Shown here: positions 51,233-60,686 of the stretch, one piece after another
Layout of the letters: every line of letters begins with the position of its first letter
Position numbering within the stretch: the stretch's first letter is position 1
From: Thermodesulfobacteriota bacterium
GTDB taxonomy: Bacteria; Desulfobacterota_D; UBA1144; Nemesobacterales; JAJCZQ01
Assembly: GCA_965203965.1 (NCBI GenBank)
Contig: CBDBDR010000017.1
Coordinates: 288,001-352,000 of the forward strand
Direction of reading: 5' to 3'
Length of the DNA: 64,000 bases
Translations under genes and position numbers: made by a program
The notes under the pieces: generated by a model
Told to the model about the DNA's origin: nothing
The model's database searches: none
Seen by the model: only the letters and a program-made list of their open reading frames with translations

Positions 51233-51385
51233 CAGTGCAACAATTGGTTTTTGGGATGAATGGAAGAAAGAAAAGGATGGACAAAGGAATAAAAGAATCT
51301 ATTGAAACATTAAGAAAACAGAGTAAATCTCAATGAAAATAACACTAAAACAGGGGAAGCAAGCACTGCTTTTAAATAACAAAAA

Positions 51386-51425
51386 TGTTCAATACATTGA
51401 ACATTTTTGTTCAATGTATTGAACA
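51386..51425. promoter_or_regulatory. Tandem palindromic operator TGTTCAAT-NN-ATTGAACA (two copies, 22-bp period); single copies at 49029 and 50799, half site at 48363
   Basis: Exact 8-2-8 palindromes about 30 bp upstream of every copy of the AAA_14 ATG. Confidence 0.75.
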
Positions 51426-51456
51426 AAATTGTTCAGTCTGATAATCTTTTTAGGCG

Positions 51457-52662
51457 ATGAAAAGTCCGAAATTCATAAGACCTCAAGCCACCGAATTATT
51501 GCGACGACTCAAAGAGCCTCGCCGGTTTATTCAATCCATATCGGGGGCGAGGCAGATCGGCAAAACAACCCTTGCCCTACAAGTGGCAGAGCAAAGCCGA
51601 TTGCCTTATCACTTTGCAAGTGCTGATAGGCCGACGCTTCGCGCCGGTGATGGATGGATCGTGTCGCAATGGAAGGAGGCGCGACATCTGGCGGAACAAT
51701 CAAAAAGGAAAGGCGCTTTGCTGATATTGGATGAGGTGCATAAGGTTCCACACTGGCCAGCGACTGTAAAAGGTCTTTGGGATGAAGATACTCGCATGAA
51801 AAGAATGGTGAAGGTGGTGCTGCTCGGTTCAGCACCGCTGTTGATCGGGCGAGGACTTACGGAAAGCCTCGCCGGGCGTTTTGAAACCGTGTATCTGCCA
51901 CATTGGAGTTTTCCCGAGATGCGAGATGCCTTCGGATGGGATTTGCAACAATATCTTTTTTACGGTGCCTATCCGGGAGCCTCACCCTTCATAAAACAGC
52001 CGGCGCGCTGGTCGCGCTACATAAAGAACTCTCTTATAGAAACAACCATTTCCCGCGATGTGCTTTTATTTTCCCCTGTGGACAAACCGGCTTTGCTTAG
52101 GCAATTGTTCGAGATGGGTTGTTCCTATTCGGGGCAGGTACTCTCTTACAGAAAACTTGCAGGACTGCTTCAGGATAAAGGTAACGTTACCACCCTTGCG
52201 CATTACCTTGACTTGCTCGCCGGAGTCGGCACGGTTGCCGGGTTGCAAAAATATGCGGGTAGCTTCGGGGCACGCCGGCGTTCCATACCCAAACTTCAAG
52301 TCTTCAACACTGCCCTGATCACCGCGCAATCTGGGATGACCTGGCAGGAGGTGTTCAAAGATGGACGACTGCTGGGGCGGCTTACGGAGTCGGCCGTGGG
52401 AGCTCATCTGCTCAATGCAGCCACTGGCGGGGAGTGTGAATTATTCTATTGGCGAGATAACAATCGCGAAGTAGATTTTGTTTTGCGCAGAGGAAAGAAG
52501 CTTGTTGCCATAGAAGTAAAAAGCGGTAAAATGCCTGTTTCGTTTCCCGGATTGGATGCTTTTTCCAAAATATTCAAAACTGCTCAGCAGTTGATTGTTG
52601 GTGAAGGCGGAATTCCCATTGATCGTTTCCTGTCAACACCTGCGGAACATTGGTTAAATTGA
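51457..52662 (+). CDS. AAA_14 ATPase with DUF4143 PD-(D/E)xK domain
   Basis: GARQIGKTT, LDEVH, ESLAGR, YGAYP, ESAV, EVDFV..IEVKSG. Confidence 0.9.
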   Translation: MKSPKFIRPQATELLRRLKEPRRFIQSISGARQIGKTTLALQVAEQSRLPYHFASADRPTLRAGDGWIVSQWKEARHLAEQSKRKGALLILDEVHKVPHWPATVKGLWDEDTRMKRMVKVVLLGSAPLLIGRGLTESLAGRFETVYLPHWSFPEMRDAFGWDLQQYLFYGAYPGASPFIKQPARWSRYIKNSLIETTISRDVLLFSPVDKPALLRQLFEMGCSYSGQVLSYRKLAGLLQDKGNVTTLAHYLDLLAGVGTVAGLQKYAGSFGARRRSIPKLQVFNTALITAQSGMTWQEVFKDGRLLGRLTESAVGAHLLNAATGGECELFYWRDNNREVDFVLRRGKKLVAIEVKSGKMPVSFPGLDAFSKIFKTAQQLIVGEGGIPIDRFLSTPAEHWLN

Positions 52663-55600
52663 TGCCTGATTTTCTATCTGACGAAAAATGCCTCTCCCAG
52701 ATCCCAGCTTTACAGCAACTGATAAATCTGGGCTATGAGTATCTGCCACCTGAACAGGCGTTTCAGGAACGCAATAGCAAATACGGCAATGTTTTGCTGG
52801 AAAACATACTGCGAGACCAACTCAAAAAAATAAACCGCATTAATTATAGAGGCAGAGAATACCTTTTCAGTGAGGAGAACATTCAGTCTGCCATTGAGAA
52901 GATCAAAAACATTCCATATGACGGTTTGATAAAAACAAATGAAAAGATCTACGATCTTTTGACGCTTGGCACGTCGCTTAAGCAGACCATTGAGGGCGAT
53001 TCCAAAAGTCACACACTTCGCTATATTGACTGGGAAAATACGAATGCAAATGTTTTTCACGCCACTGCGGAGTTTTCGGTTGAACGTTCCCGGAGTTCTG
53101 AAACTGTAAGACCGGACATTGTGCTGTTTGTAAACGGCATTCCTCTTGTTGTGATTGAGTGCAAAACGTCCGGAGTTGCCGTGGATGAAGGCGTTTCTCA
53201 GATGATCCGCAATCAGGGAGAGGATCATATTCCTCGCCTTTTTACTTATGTGCAGTTGGTAATGGCTGTAAATAAGAATGAGGCAAAATACGCGACCGCC
53301 GGAACTTCAAAGAAATTCTGGAGCGTCTGGAAAGAGTTAGAAGATCACGAAGATGAAACAAAAACCATTGTGGATCAACCGCTTTCAGATGAGAACAAGA
53401 ATGTTCTTTTTTCTTCCAATGAATTTGCTTATGCCCGTGCGCATTTTGATAAAATTGAGAGCCAAGGTGGACGTCTTGTTACGGAACAAGATAAAGCAGT
53501 TCATAGCCTGTGCCGTCCTGAGCGCCTGCTTGAGATCGTTTACGGGTTTACAATTTTTGATAGTAAAACAAAAAAAATTGCCAGATACCAACAGTTCTTT
53601 CTTGTTCGCTCGGCAATTAAAAACATCAAAACAAAAAACAGTGAGGGTGTGAGAAAAGGTGGGATCGTGTGGCACACGCAAGGTTCTGGTAAATCCATAA
53701 CAATGGTTATGCTCACGCGAGCCCTTGTGATGGATCCGGAACTGAAAAACACGCGGATCATTCTTGTTACAGACCGCAAAGATCTGGACGAACAACTCGG
53801 CAACACCTTTGCTGCTTGCGGTTTGAACAAAGAACGCGCCACTTCGGGACGTGATCTGGTCAAGCATATAAAACGCAAGACGGACATTATCACCACGTTG
53901 ATAAACAAATTTGAAACGGCATCTGCTGCCGAAAAATACGTAGATGATTCACCTGATATTATCGCTCTTGTGGACGAGAGCCACCGCACAAATTTCGGGG
54001 AATTGTCCGCAAATATGAGGAGGATGCTTCCAAAGGCATGCTTTATAGGTTTTACCGGCACTCCGTTGCTAAAAAAAGAGAAAAACAGTTTTGCGCGCTT
54101 TGGGGAGTTGATTGAGCCGTCTTATCCGGTCAGAGCAGCCATAGATGACAAACAGGTTGTCCCTCTGATCTACGAGGGTCGGCATGTGGAGATAAAACAG
54201 GATAAAGAAGCCATTGATAAATGGTTTGCCCGTCATACTGAGGGGCTTTCCGATAAACAGAAAACTGATCTAAAGAAAAAATATTCACGTGCTGCAAAAC
54301 TGAACAATTCCGATAGGGTCATCTATATGACGGCTTTTGACATTAGCGAGCATTTTCGCGCCAATTGGAAAGAGACGGGAGAGATGGGATTTAAGGCTCA
54401 ACTTGTGGCTCTGAACAAGGCAACTGCTCTTAAATATCACAACTATCTTAAAGAGATAGGAATGGTTTCATCAGAGGTGATCATTTCTGCTCCGGATACG
54501 CGTAAGGGGTATGAGGAAGTGGGTGCTGAATCTGAAAATGAAATTGTTAAATTCTGGAAATTGATGATGGAAAGGCACAGCAATGAAGAAAAATATAACC
54601 AGAATATAATCAATCAGTTCAAGGACTCCGAACATCCTGAAATTCTTATTGTCGTGGATAAACTGCTGACCGGATTTGACGCGCCCAGAAACACTGTTCT
54701 TTATTTGTGTCGCTCCTTGAGAGAACATACCTTGCTTCAGGCAATAGCGCGCGTTAACCGTCTTTGTGAAGGCAAGGAATTTGGCTACATAATTGACTAT
54801 GCCCATGTTCTTGAAGAACTTGACAAGACCTTGACGACATACGAAGCCCTTGCGGGTTTTGAAGAGAGTGAAATTGCAGACCTTCTTATTTCCATTAACG
54901 AAGAAGTGAAAAAACTTCCTCAACGCTATTCAGACCTTTGGGAGGTCTTCAAAGAGATCAAAAATTCCCACGATGAAGAAGTGTATGAGAGACACCTTGC
55001 AGATGAGGAATTAAGAAACAAATTTTATGAACGATTTACCGCCTACGGGAAAACCCTTTCCATTGCGCTTTCATCCGAGAAATTCATTACGGAAATCTCT
55101 GATACTGAACTGAAAAACTATAAGGGTGATCTCAAACGTTTTAATAAACTGCGCCATGCAGTGAGATCGCGCTATGCCGACACGATTGATTACGGAGAGT
55201 ACGAGCGGAAAATAAAGAAACTGCTGGACACCCACGTAAAAGCGGACGATGTTACGCAGCTAAACTATCCGGTCAATATCTTTGACGATCAAACATTTAA
55301 GGAAATGAAAGATAAACGGGGCATTTACGAAACAAAAACCACTGCGGCGAGGGCGGATATCATAGCGCACAATATCAGACGCAAAATTACGGAGAGTCTG
55401 GAAAAAGACCCGGCTTTCTATAAGAAGTTTTCAAAACTTATTCAGGACGCGATTGATGACTTTAAAAAAGAGCGGATATCAGACCTTGATTATTTGGATA
55501 GAGTAACAGACATACGAAATGAGGTCGCTGATAGAAAAAAACGTGAAGATGTCCCTGCTGATATAGCGGACAACGATGAGGCATCCGCGTATTTTGGGGT

Positions 55601-55874
55601 GATAAGACCGATCCTGAAAGAAATTGCTGCCGACGAGAATTTAACTGAACAAGTAGCGATGCTGACTGCCATTGCCATTCAAGAAGCAATAGAAAGAAAC
55701 TGGAAAGTGGATTTTTGGAACGATAGCGATGCGCAGAAGAGAATGAAAAATGATATTGACAGTTTTTTCTATGATGAGGTTGAGGATGTTCATGGCATTG
55801 ATCTGACCGAGTATCAGATGGATGAAATTTTTGGCAAAACAATGAAAGTGGCAAAATTCTGGAGATATTCCTGA
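52662..55874 (+). CDS. hsdR: Type I R-M restriction subunit
   Basis: PDIVLFVNGIPLVVIECK, HTQGSGKS, DESHR, GFTGTP, LLTGFDAP, QAIARVNR. Confidence 0.97.
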   Translation: MPDFLSDEKCLSQIPALQQLINLGYEYLPPEQAFQERNSKYGNVLLENILRDQLKKINRINYRGREYLFSEENIQSAIEKIKNIPYDGLIKTNEKIYDLLTLGTSLKQTIEGDSKSHTLRYIDWENTNANVFHATAEFSVERSRSSETVRPDIVLFVNGIPLVVIECKTSGVAVDEGVSQMIRNQGEDHIPRLFTYVQLVMAVNKNEAKYATAGTSKKFWSVWKELEDHEDETKTIVDQPLSDENKNVLFSSNEFAYARAHFDKIESQGGRLVTEQDKAVHSLCRPERLLEIVYGFTIFDSKTKKIARYQQFFLVRSAIKNIKTKNSEGVRKGGIVWHTQGSGKSITMVMLTRALVMDPELKNTRIILVTDRKDLDEQLGNTFAACGLNKERATSGRDLVKHIKRKTDIITTLINKFETASAAEKYVDDSPDIIALVDESHRTNFGELSANMRRMLPKACFIGFTGTPLLKKEKNSFARFGELIEPSYPVRAAIDDKQVVPLIYEGRHVEIKQDKEAIDKWFARHTEGLSDKQKTDLKKKYSRAAKLNNSDRVIYMTAFDISEHFRANWKETGEMGFKAQLVALNKATALKYHNYLKEIGMVSSEVIISAPDTRKGYEEVGAESENEIVKFWKLMMERHSNEEKYNQNIINQFKDSEHPEILIVVDKLLTGFDAPRNTVLYLCRSLREHTLLQAIARVNRLCEGKEFGYIIDYAHVLEELDKTLTTYEALAGFEESEIADLLISINEEVKKLPQRYSDLWEVFKEIKNSHDEEVYERHLADEELRNKFYERFTAYGKTLSIALSSEKFITEISDTELKNYKGDLKRFNKLRHAVRSRYADTIDYGEYERKIKKLLDTHVKADDVTQLNYPVNIFDDQTFKEMKDKRGIYETKTTAARADIIAHNIRRKITESLEKDPAFYKKFSKLIQDAIDDFKKERISDLDYLDRVTDIRNEVADRKKREDVPADIADNDEASAYFGVIRPILKEIAADENLTEQVAMLTAIAIQEAIERNWKVDFWNDSDAQKRMKNDIDSFFYDEVEDVHGIDLTEYQMDEIFGKTMKVAKFWRYS

Positions 55875-56584
55875 TGTCAGAAGTTCAATGTTCTGTTAAA
55901 TATGGAGACGATCCTATTGAGTTTCGCTTAACGTACTCAAAAAGAAAATCTCTGGAAATTTCGGTCTATCCAAATGGCGCGGTTGCCGTGAAAGCTCCAC
56001 TTGGAACGAATGAAGACCTTGTTATGCGCCGAGTTCGCAAGCGCTCCCGGTGGATAAAAAAACAGATTGATTATTTTTCACAGTTTGAACCCCGAACACC
56101 AAAACGGAGGTTTGTGGGTGGGGAAAGCCATCTCTATCTCGGCAGAAAATACAGGCTGAAGATAACGCAGTCCAAAGACGAGGGAGTTTTGCTCAAGAGA
56201 GGATTTTTTCATATAGGGGTTTCCGCAAACAAACCCGAGACCGTTTCGGCGTTACTTGAAAATTGGTATAGGAGCAGGGCTGACCTTTATTTTTCTCAAG
56301 TGTTTGAGAATTGCTGGGAGAATTTTCAGAAAAAAGGACTGGAAAAACCCGCTCTCAAGATCCGCAAAATGAAAACACGTTGGGGAAGTTTGAGTCCCAA
56401 AGGCAAAATGACCCTTAACCAAGATCTTATCAAAGCTCCCAGAGAGTGCATTGAGTATGTGGTCATACACGAACTATGCCACCTGCTTCATCATAATCAC
56501 GGCAAGGAGTTCTATAACTTGCTTGATCACTTACTGCCTGATTGGACAAAACGGAAACATAAATTGGAAAAGGTGCTTTCTTAG
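55874..56584 (+). CDS. YgjP/DUF45 (M48-like) metallohydrolase, commonly after hsdR
   Basis: GESHLYLG, MKTRWGS, YVVIHELCHL..NH. Confidence 0.9.
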   Translation: MSEVQCSVKYGDDPIEFRLTYSKRKSLEISVYPNGAVAVKAPLGTNEDLVMRRVRKRSRWIKKQIDYFSQFEPRTPKRRFVGGESHLYLGRKYRLKITQSKDEGVLLKRGFFHIGVSANKPETVSALLENWYRSRADLYFSQVFENCWENFQKKGLEKPALKIRKMKTRWGSLSPKGKMTLNQDLIKAPRECIEYVVIHELCHLLHHNHGKEFYNLLDHLLPDWTKRKHKLEKVLS

Positions 56585-56620
56585 AAAAATTTGGAATTTG
56601 CTCTTTACGTAACAAAAGAT

Positions 56621-58684
56621 ATGCCGCGATCAAAGCCATATTATAAAAGTAAAACCAACAGGCAACTGACACGGGGACATAAAGAATTTAAGCTCAAAAG
56701 TAGCTTCAAACCCAAGGGGGATCAACCTGAGGCAATTTCCAAACTAGTAGAATGCGTTGATCAAGGCATAACCGATCAAGTGCTTCTTGGAGTTACGGGT
56801 AGTGGAAAGACTTTCACTATTGCAAGTGTAATAAACAAGGTGCAAAAGCCTGCTCTTGTTCTAGCTCACAATAAAACCCTTGCCGCTCAACTTTTTTCCG
56901 AGATAAAGGAGTATTTCCCGGACAATGAAGTGCATTATTTTGTGAGCTATTACGACTATTATCAGCCCGAAGCCTATGTTCCTGAAACGGATACCTACAT
57001 AGAGAAAGATGTTTCTATCAATGAGGTCATAGATAGGCTCCGCCATGCGGCAACGACTTCATTATTTGAGAACAGAGACGTTATCATTGTGGCGAGCGTA
57101 TCTTCAATCTACGGCATTGGCTCGCCTTCGGATTATTATGGAATGCTTACAATTCTTAAAAAGGGTGCCAAGTTTGGAAGGGAAGAGTTTTTGAGAAAAC
57201 TTTCCGAAGTTCAATACACGAGGAAAATGAATGATCTGGAACGTGGAACGTTCAGGGTCAGAGGTGATACGGTGGACGTATTTCCGTCCGACAAGGATAT
57301 TTTAGCATACAGGATAGAGTTTTTCGGTGATGAAGTGGAAAGAATAAGGGAATTTGATCCTGTGAGTGGCAAGACAAACAGGGAACTTTTGAAGATCACT
57401 ATTTTTCCCGGTTCACACTATGTTGCCCCTAAAGAAAAGTTGAGGCAGGCAATAAGAACTATCAGGGAAGAACTTAAAGAGATAACTGCCTACTTACAGA
57501 AGAAAGGTATGGAATTTGAAAAGAACAGGTTGAGAGAAAGAACAAACTACGACCTTGAGCTACTTGAAACAATGGGTTTCTGTCCCGGCATTGAAAATTA
57601 TTCAAGACATATATCGGGAAGACGGGAAGGAGAAGCTCCTTACACTCTTATTGATTACTTTCCCGATGATTTTCTCTGTATCATTGACGAAAGCCATCAG
57701 ATGTTGCCTCAGATAAGAGGAATGTACGCTGGAGATAGGAGTCGCAAGCAAACCCTCGTGGATAATGGCTTCAGGTTGCCTTCAGCACTGGATAATAGAC
57801 CTCTGAATTTTAAAGAATTTATGGAAAAAATAGGACAGGCTGTATACGTTTCAGCCACACCGGCAGAGTATGAACTGAACAGAAGCAGTGGGCATGTGGT
57901 CGAGCAGATCATAAGACCTACGGGTTTGCAAGATCCTGAAATAACCATAAAGCCCGCAACCAATCAGGTTGATGATCTTCTGGACGAGATCCAGTCCGTA
58001 GTAAAAAACAATGAACGGGTTTTGGTAACGACTTTAACAAAAGCAATGGCAGAGGATCTTACCGCTTACTATGAGGAAATAGGGGTGAGGGTTAGATATC
58101 TTCATTCTGATATTGAAACGCTTGAAAGAATAAAAATAGTCAGAGATTTGCGACTTGGAAAGTATGACGTTCTGGTTGGTATAAACATGCTCCGCGAAGG
58201 ACTTGATATTCCCGAAGTCTCTCTTGTGGCAATACTTGACGCGGACAAGGAAGGTTTTCTAAGGTCTGAGTCTTCATTGATCCAAACGTTTGGTAGGGCG
58301 GCGAGGAACGTAAACGGCAGGGTTATTTTGTACGCCGATAAAGTTACAAAATCAATCAAAAAGGCAATAAGTGAGTCTGATAGAAGAAGAACGATACAGT
58401 TGCAATACAACAAGGAAAACAACATTACACCGGTAAGTATTAAGAAGAATATTACAAATATACTGAATTCAATATATGAATCTGATTATTTGACCATTCC
58501 CACAGATATAGATAACAGCTACACAGACATACCACCGGATAAAATCCCAAGAGAAATTGCGAGACTCTTCAAAGAAATGAAGCATGCGGCTAAAAATCTT
58601 GAATATGAAAAAGCGGGCGAAAATAAAAAAAAGATCCAAAAATTAAAGGAGATGGAAGCTTCATATCTGAAGAAGGAAAGTTAG
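56621..58684 (+). CDS. uvrB: Excinuclease ABC subunit B
   Basis: [30 protein letters not shown]-terminal UVR motif. Confidence 0.98.
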   Translation: MPRSKPYYKSKTNRQLTRGHKEFKLKSSFKPKGDQPEAISKLVECVDQGITDQVLLGVTGSGKTFTIASVINKVQKPALVLAHNKTLAAQLFSEIKEYFPDNEVHYFVSYYDYYQPEAYVPETDTYIEKDVSINEVIDRLRHAATTSLFENRDVIIVASVSSIYGIGSPSDYYGMLTILKKGAKFGREEFLRKLSEVQYTRKMNDLERGTFRVRGDTVDVFPSDKDILAYRIEFFGDEVERIREFDPVSGKTNRELLKITIFPGSHYVAPKEKLRQAIRTIREELKEITAYLQKKGMEFEKNRLRERTNYDLELLETMGFCPGIENYSRHISGRREGEAPYTLIDYFPDDFLCIIDESHQMLPQIRGMYAGDRSRKQTLVDNGFRLPSALDNRPLNFKEFMEKIGQAVYVSATPAEYELNRSSGHVVEQIIRPTGLQDPEITIKPATNQVDDLLDEIQSVVKNNERVLVTTLTKAMAEDLTAYYEEIGVRVRYLHSDIETLERIKIVRDLRLGKYDVLVGINMLREGLDIPEVSLVAILDADKEGFLRSESSLIQTFGRAARNVNGRVILYADKVTKSIKKAISESDRRRTIQLQYNKENNITPVSIKKNITNILNSIYESDYLTIPTDIDNSYTDIPPDKIPREIARLFKEMKHAAKNLEYEKAGENKKKIQKLKEMEASYLKKES

Positions 58685-58794
58685 GAAAACCCTTCAATCT
58701 CTTTGTTCCATATACCAAAAACACCAGATTAGAAAAATTCTCTTTAATCTTTAATCATTTCTTGCCCTAAAATAACCATTTATGTATCCTATCA

Positions 58795-58822
58795 AAAGAA
58801 GCGGGGTTAAACCGCTTTTTTT
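58795..58822 (+). promoter_or_regulatory. rimP leader hairpin / attenuator
   Basis: aagcgg-ggttaaa-ccgctt followed by a T run just before the rimP RBS. Confidence 0.65.
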
Positions 58823-58846
58823 ATTGTTTGAGGAATAAAAGATAAT

Positions 58847-59317
58847 ATGTTTGAATACGTTGAAAATGACGTTGTTAAAAGCGTGGAGAAGCTATCCGAG
58901 CCGTTGTTCATGGACTATGATATGCAGCTTGTTGACGTTGAATACAAAGGGGAAAGAAGTGGTAAGGTACTAAGGGTTTATATTGACAAGCAAGGCGGCG
59001 TGACAGTTGATGATTGTGCCAACGTTAGCAGGGAGTTAAGTTTAATACTGGACGTTAATGACGTTATCTCTGGTAAATATACACTTGAGGTTTCGTCTCC
59101 CGGCTTAAAGAGACCTATTAAAAAGAGGGAAGATTTTAAGAAATTTCAAGGAAGTTTAGTGTTGATCAAGACGGTGGAAGCCATAAACAACACAAAAGTA
59201 TTTAAAGGGATTTTGAATGATTGTTCATCTGACCACATAGAAGTTGAAATAAATGGTATATTATGCGAGATTCCATTTAAGTTAATAAAAAAAGCAAATT
59301 TAGAGATCAATTTATAG
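58847..59317 (+). CDS. rimP: Ribosome maturation factor RimP
   Basis: LRVYIDK.GGVTVDDC, YTLEVSSPG. Confidence 0.95.
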   Translation: MFEYVENDVVKSVEKLSEPLFMDYDMQLVDVEYKGERSGKVLRVYIDKQGGVTVDDCANVSRELSLILDVNDVISGKYTLEVSSPGLKRPIKKREDFKKFQGSLVLIKTVEAINNTKVFKGILNDCSSDHIEVEINGILCEIPFKLIKKANLEINL

Positions 59318-59327
59318 CGAGGTGAAA

Positions 59328-60683
59328 ATGATTACGGAGCTTAGCAGAGTAATAGATTCCGTAGTTAAGGACAAGGGAGTCAAAAAGGACGAGATCATTC
59401 AGACGGTTGAAGATGCGGTCTTATCCGCTGCTGAAAAACTGTTTAGAATGAGGGGTAAGCATAATGAACTGGAAGTTCATTATAACGAGGAGAATGGGGA
59501 AGTTGAGTTGTTTGAATACAAGGAAGTAGTTGAAAATTTGAACGACCCTGAAACTGAAGTTTTGTTGGAAGAAGCCACTGTTGATGATCCTGAAACCGAG
59601 ATTGGGGATCAAATTGGCTTCAAGATAGACCCTGAGTTTTCAAGGATAGCAATACAGAATGCAAAGCAAACAGTGCTTCAGAAACTCAAAGAAGCTGAAG
59701 GTAAAGTTATATTTGGTGAATTTATAAACAGGAAAGGTGATCTAATAGGGGGTATTGTAAGAAGAGTTGAAAGAAGGAATGTGATAGTTGATCTTGGTAG
59801 AACAGAGGCAATTTTAACCAAAGAAGGACAAGTTCCCTATGAATATTACAAGTCCAAGGAGAGAATAAGGGCGATCCTTTCAGATATAGTGGAAACAGGA
59901 AGAGTCCCGCAGTTGATACTTTCCAGAGCAAGCATTGAATTTGTCAAGAAATTGTTTGAAACGGAAATACCTGAAATTCCGGAGGAAGTTATAACGATCA
60001 AATCAATATCAAGAGATCCGGGAAGTAGAACTAAAATATCAGTTTACTCTAACGACCCTGACGTTGATCCTGTGGGTGCCTGCGTGGGAATGAGAGGGGT
60101 AAGAGTGCAAAACATAATACAGGAATTAAGAGGGGAAAAAATAGACATAGTTCCATGGTCGAATGACGCTGCAAGATACGTTTGCAACGCTCTGGCACCG
60201 GCCAGAGCCAACAAAGTGATCATGGACGAGAAAAATGAGGCTATGGAGGTTATTGTTGATGATGATCAGCTTTCACTTGCTATAGGTCGCAGAGGTCAGA
60301 ACGTAAGGCTTGCATCTCAATTAACAGGTTGGAAAATTGACATTAGGACCGAAACGGAAGTCAACAAGGAACACCAGGAAGTTATTTCAGTATTTGTAAG
60401 TTTGCCTAATATCGGGGGAGATGCGGCAAAACTTCTTTACACGGAAGGTTACAGAAGTCTTGAGGACATAGCTTTTGCGGATACGGAAGTGCTTGCCAGA
60501 ATAACGGGAATTGAAGATGTATCTAAAGTTGAAGCAATACAGACCGCAGCAAGGATGGCACTGAAAGACAAGTTGGAAAAGATAAAAGCGGACGAGTTGG
60601 ATGTTGAAGATAAAAACGAGGATGAAAATAAACAGAATGAAGAAAAAGATAATGGAGAGATCAATAAAGATATAACGATCTAG
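59328..60683 (+). CDS. nusA: Transcription factor NusA
   Basis: AKQ, RDPGSRTK, VGACVGMRG, AIGRRGQNVRLA. Confidence 0.97.
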   Translation: MITELSRVIDSVVKDKGVKKDEIIQTVEDAVLSAAEKLFRMRGKHNELEVHYNEENGEVELFEYKEVVENLNDPETEVLLEEATVDDPETEIGDQIGFKIDPEFSRIAIQNAKQTVLQKLKEAEGKVIFGEFINRKGDLIGGIVRRVERRNVIVDLGRTEAILTKEGQVPYEYYKSKERIRAILSDIVETGRVPQLILSRASIEFVKKLFETEIPEIPEEVITIKSISRDPGSRTKISVYSNDPDVDPVGACVGMRGVRVQNIIQELRGEKIDIVPWSNDAARYVCNALAPARANKVIMDEKNEAMEVIVDDDQLSLAIGRRGQNVRLASQLTGWKIDIRTETEVNKEHQEVISVFVSLPNIGGDAAKLLYTEGYRSLEDIAFADTEVLARITGIEDVSKVEAIQTAARMALKDKLEKIKADELDVEDKNEDENKQNEEKDNGEINKDITI

Positions 60684-60686
60684 AAA

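Noticed and set aside
51386..51435. LexA/SOS box
   Set aside because: Spacing is GAAC-N6-GTTC, matching neither GAAC-N4-GTTC nor GTTC-N7-GTTC
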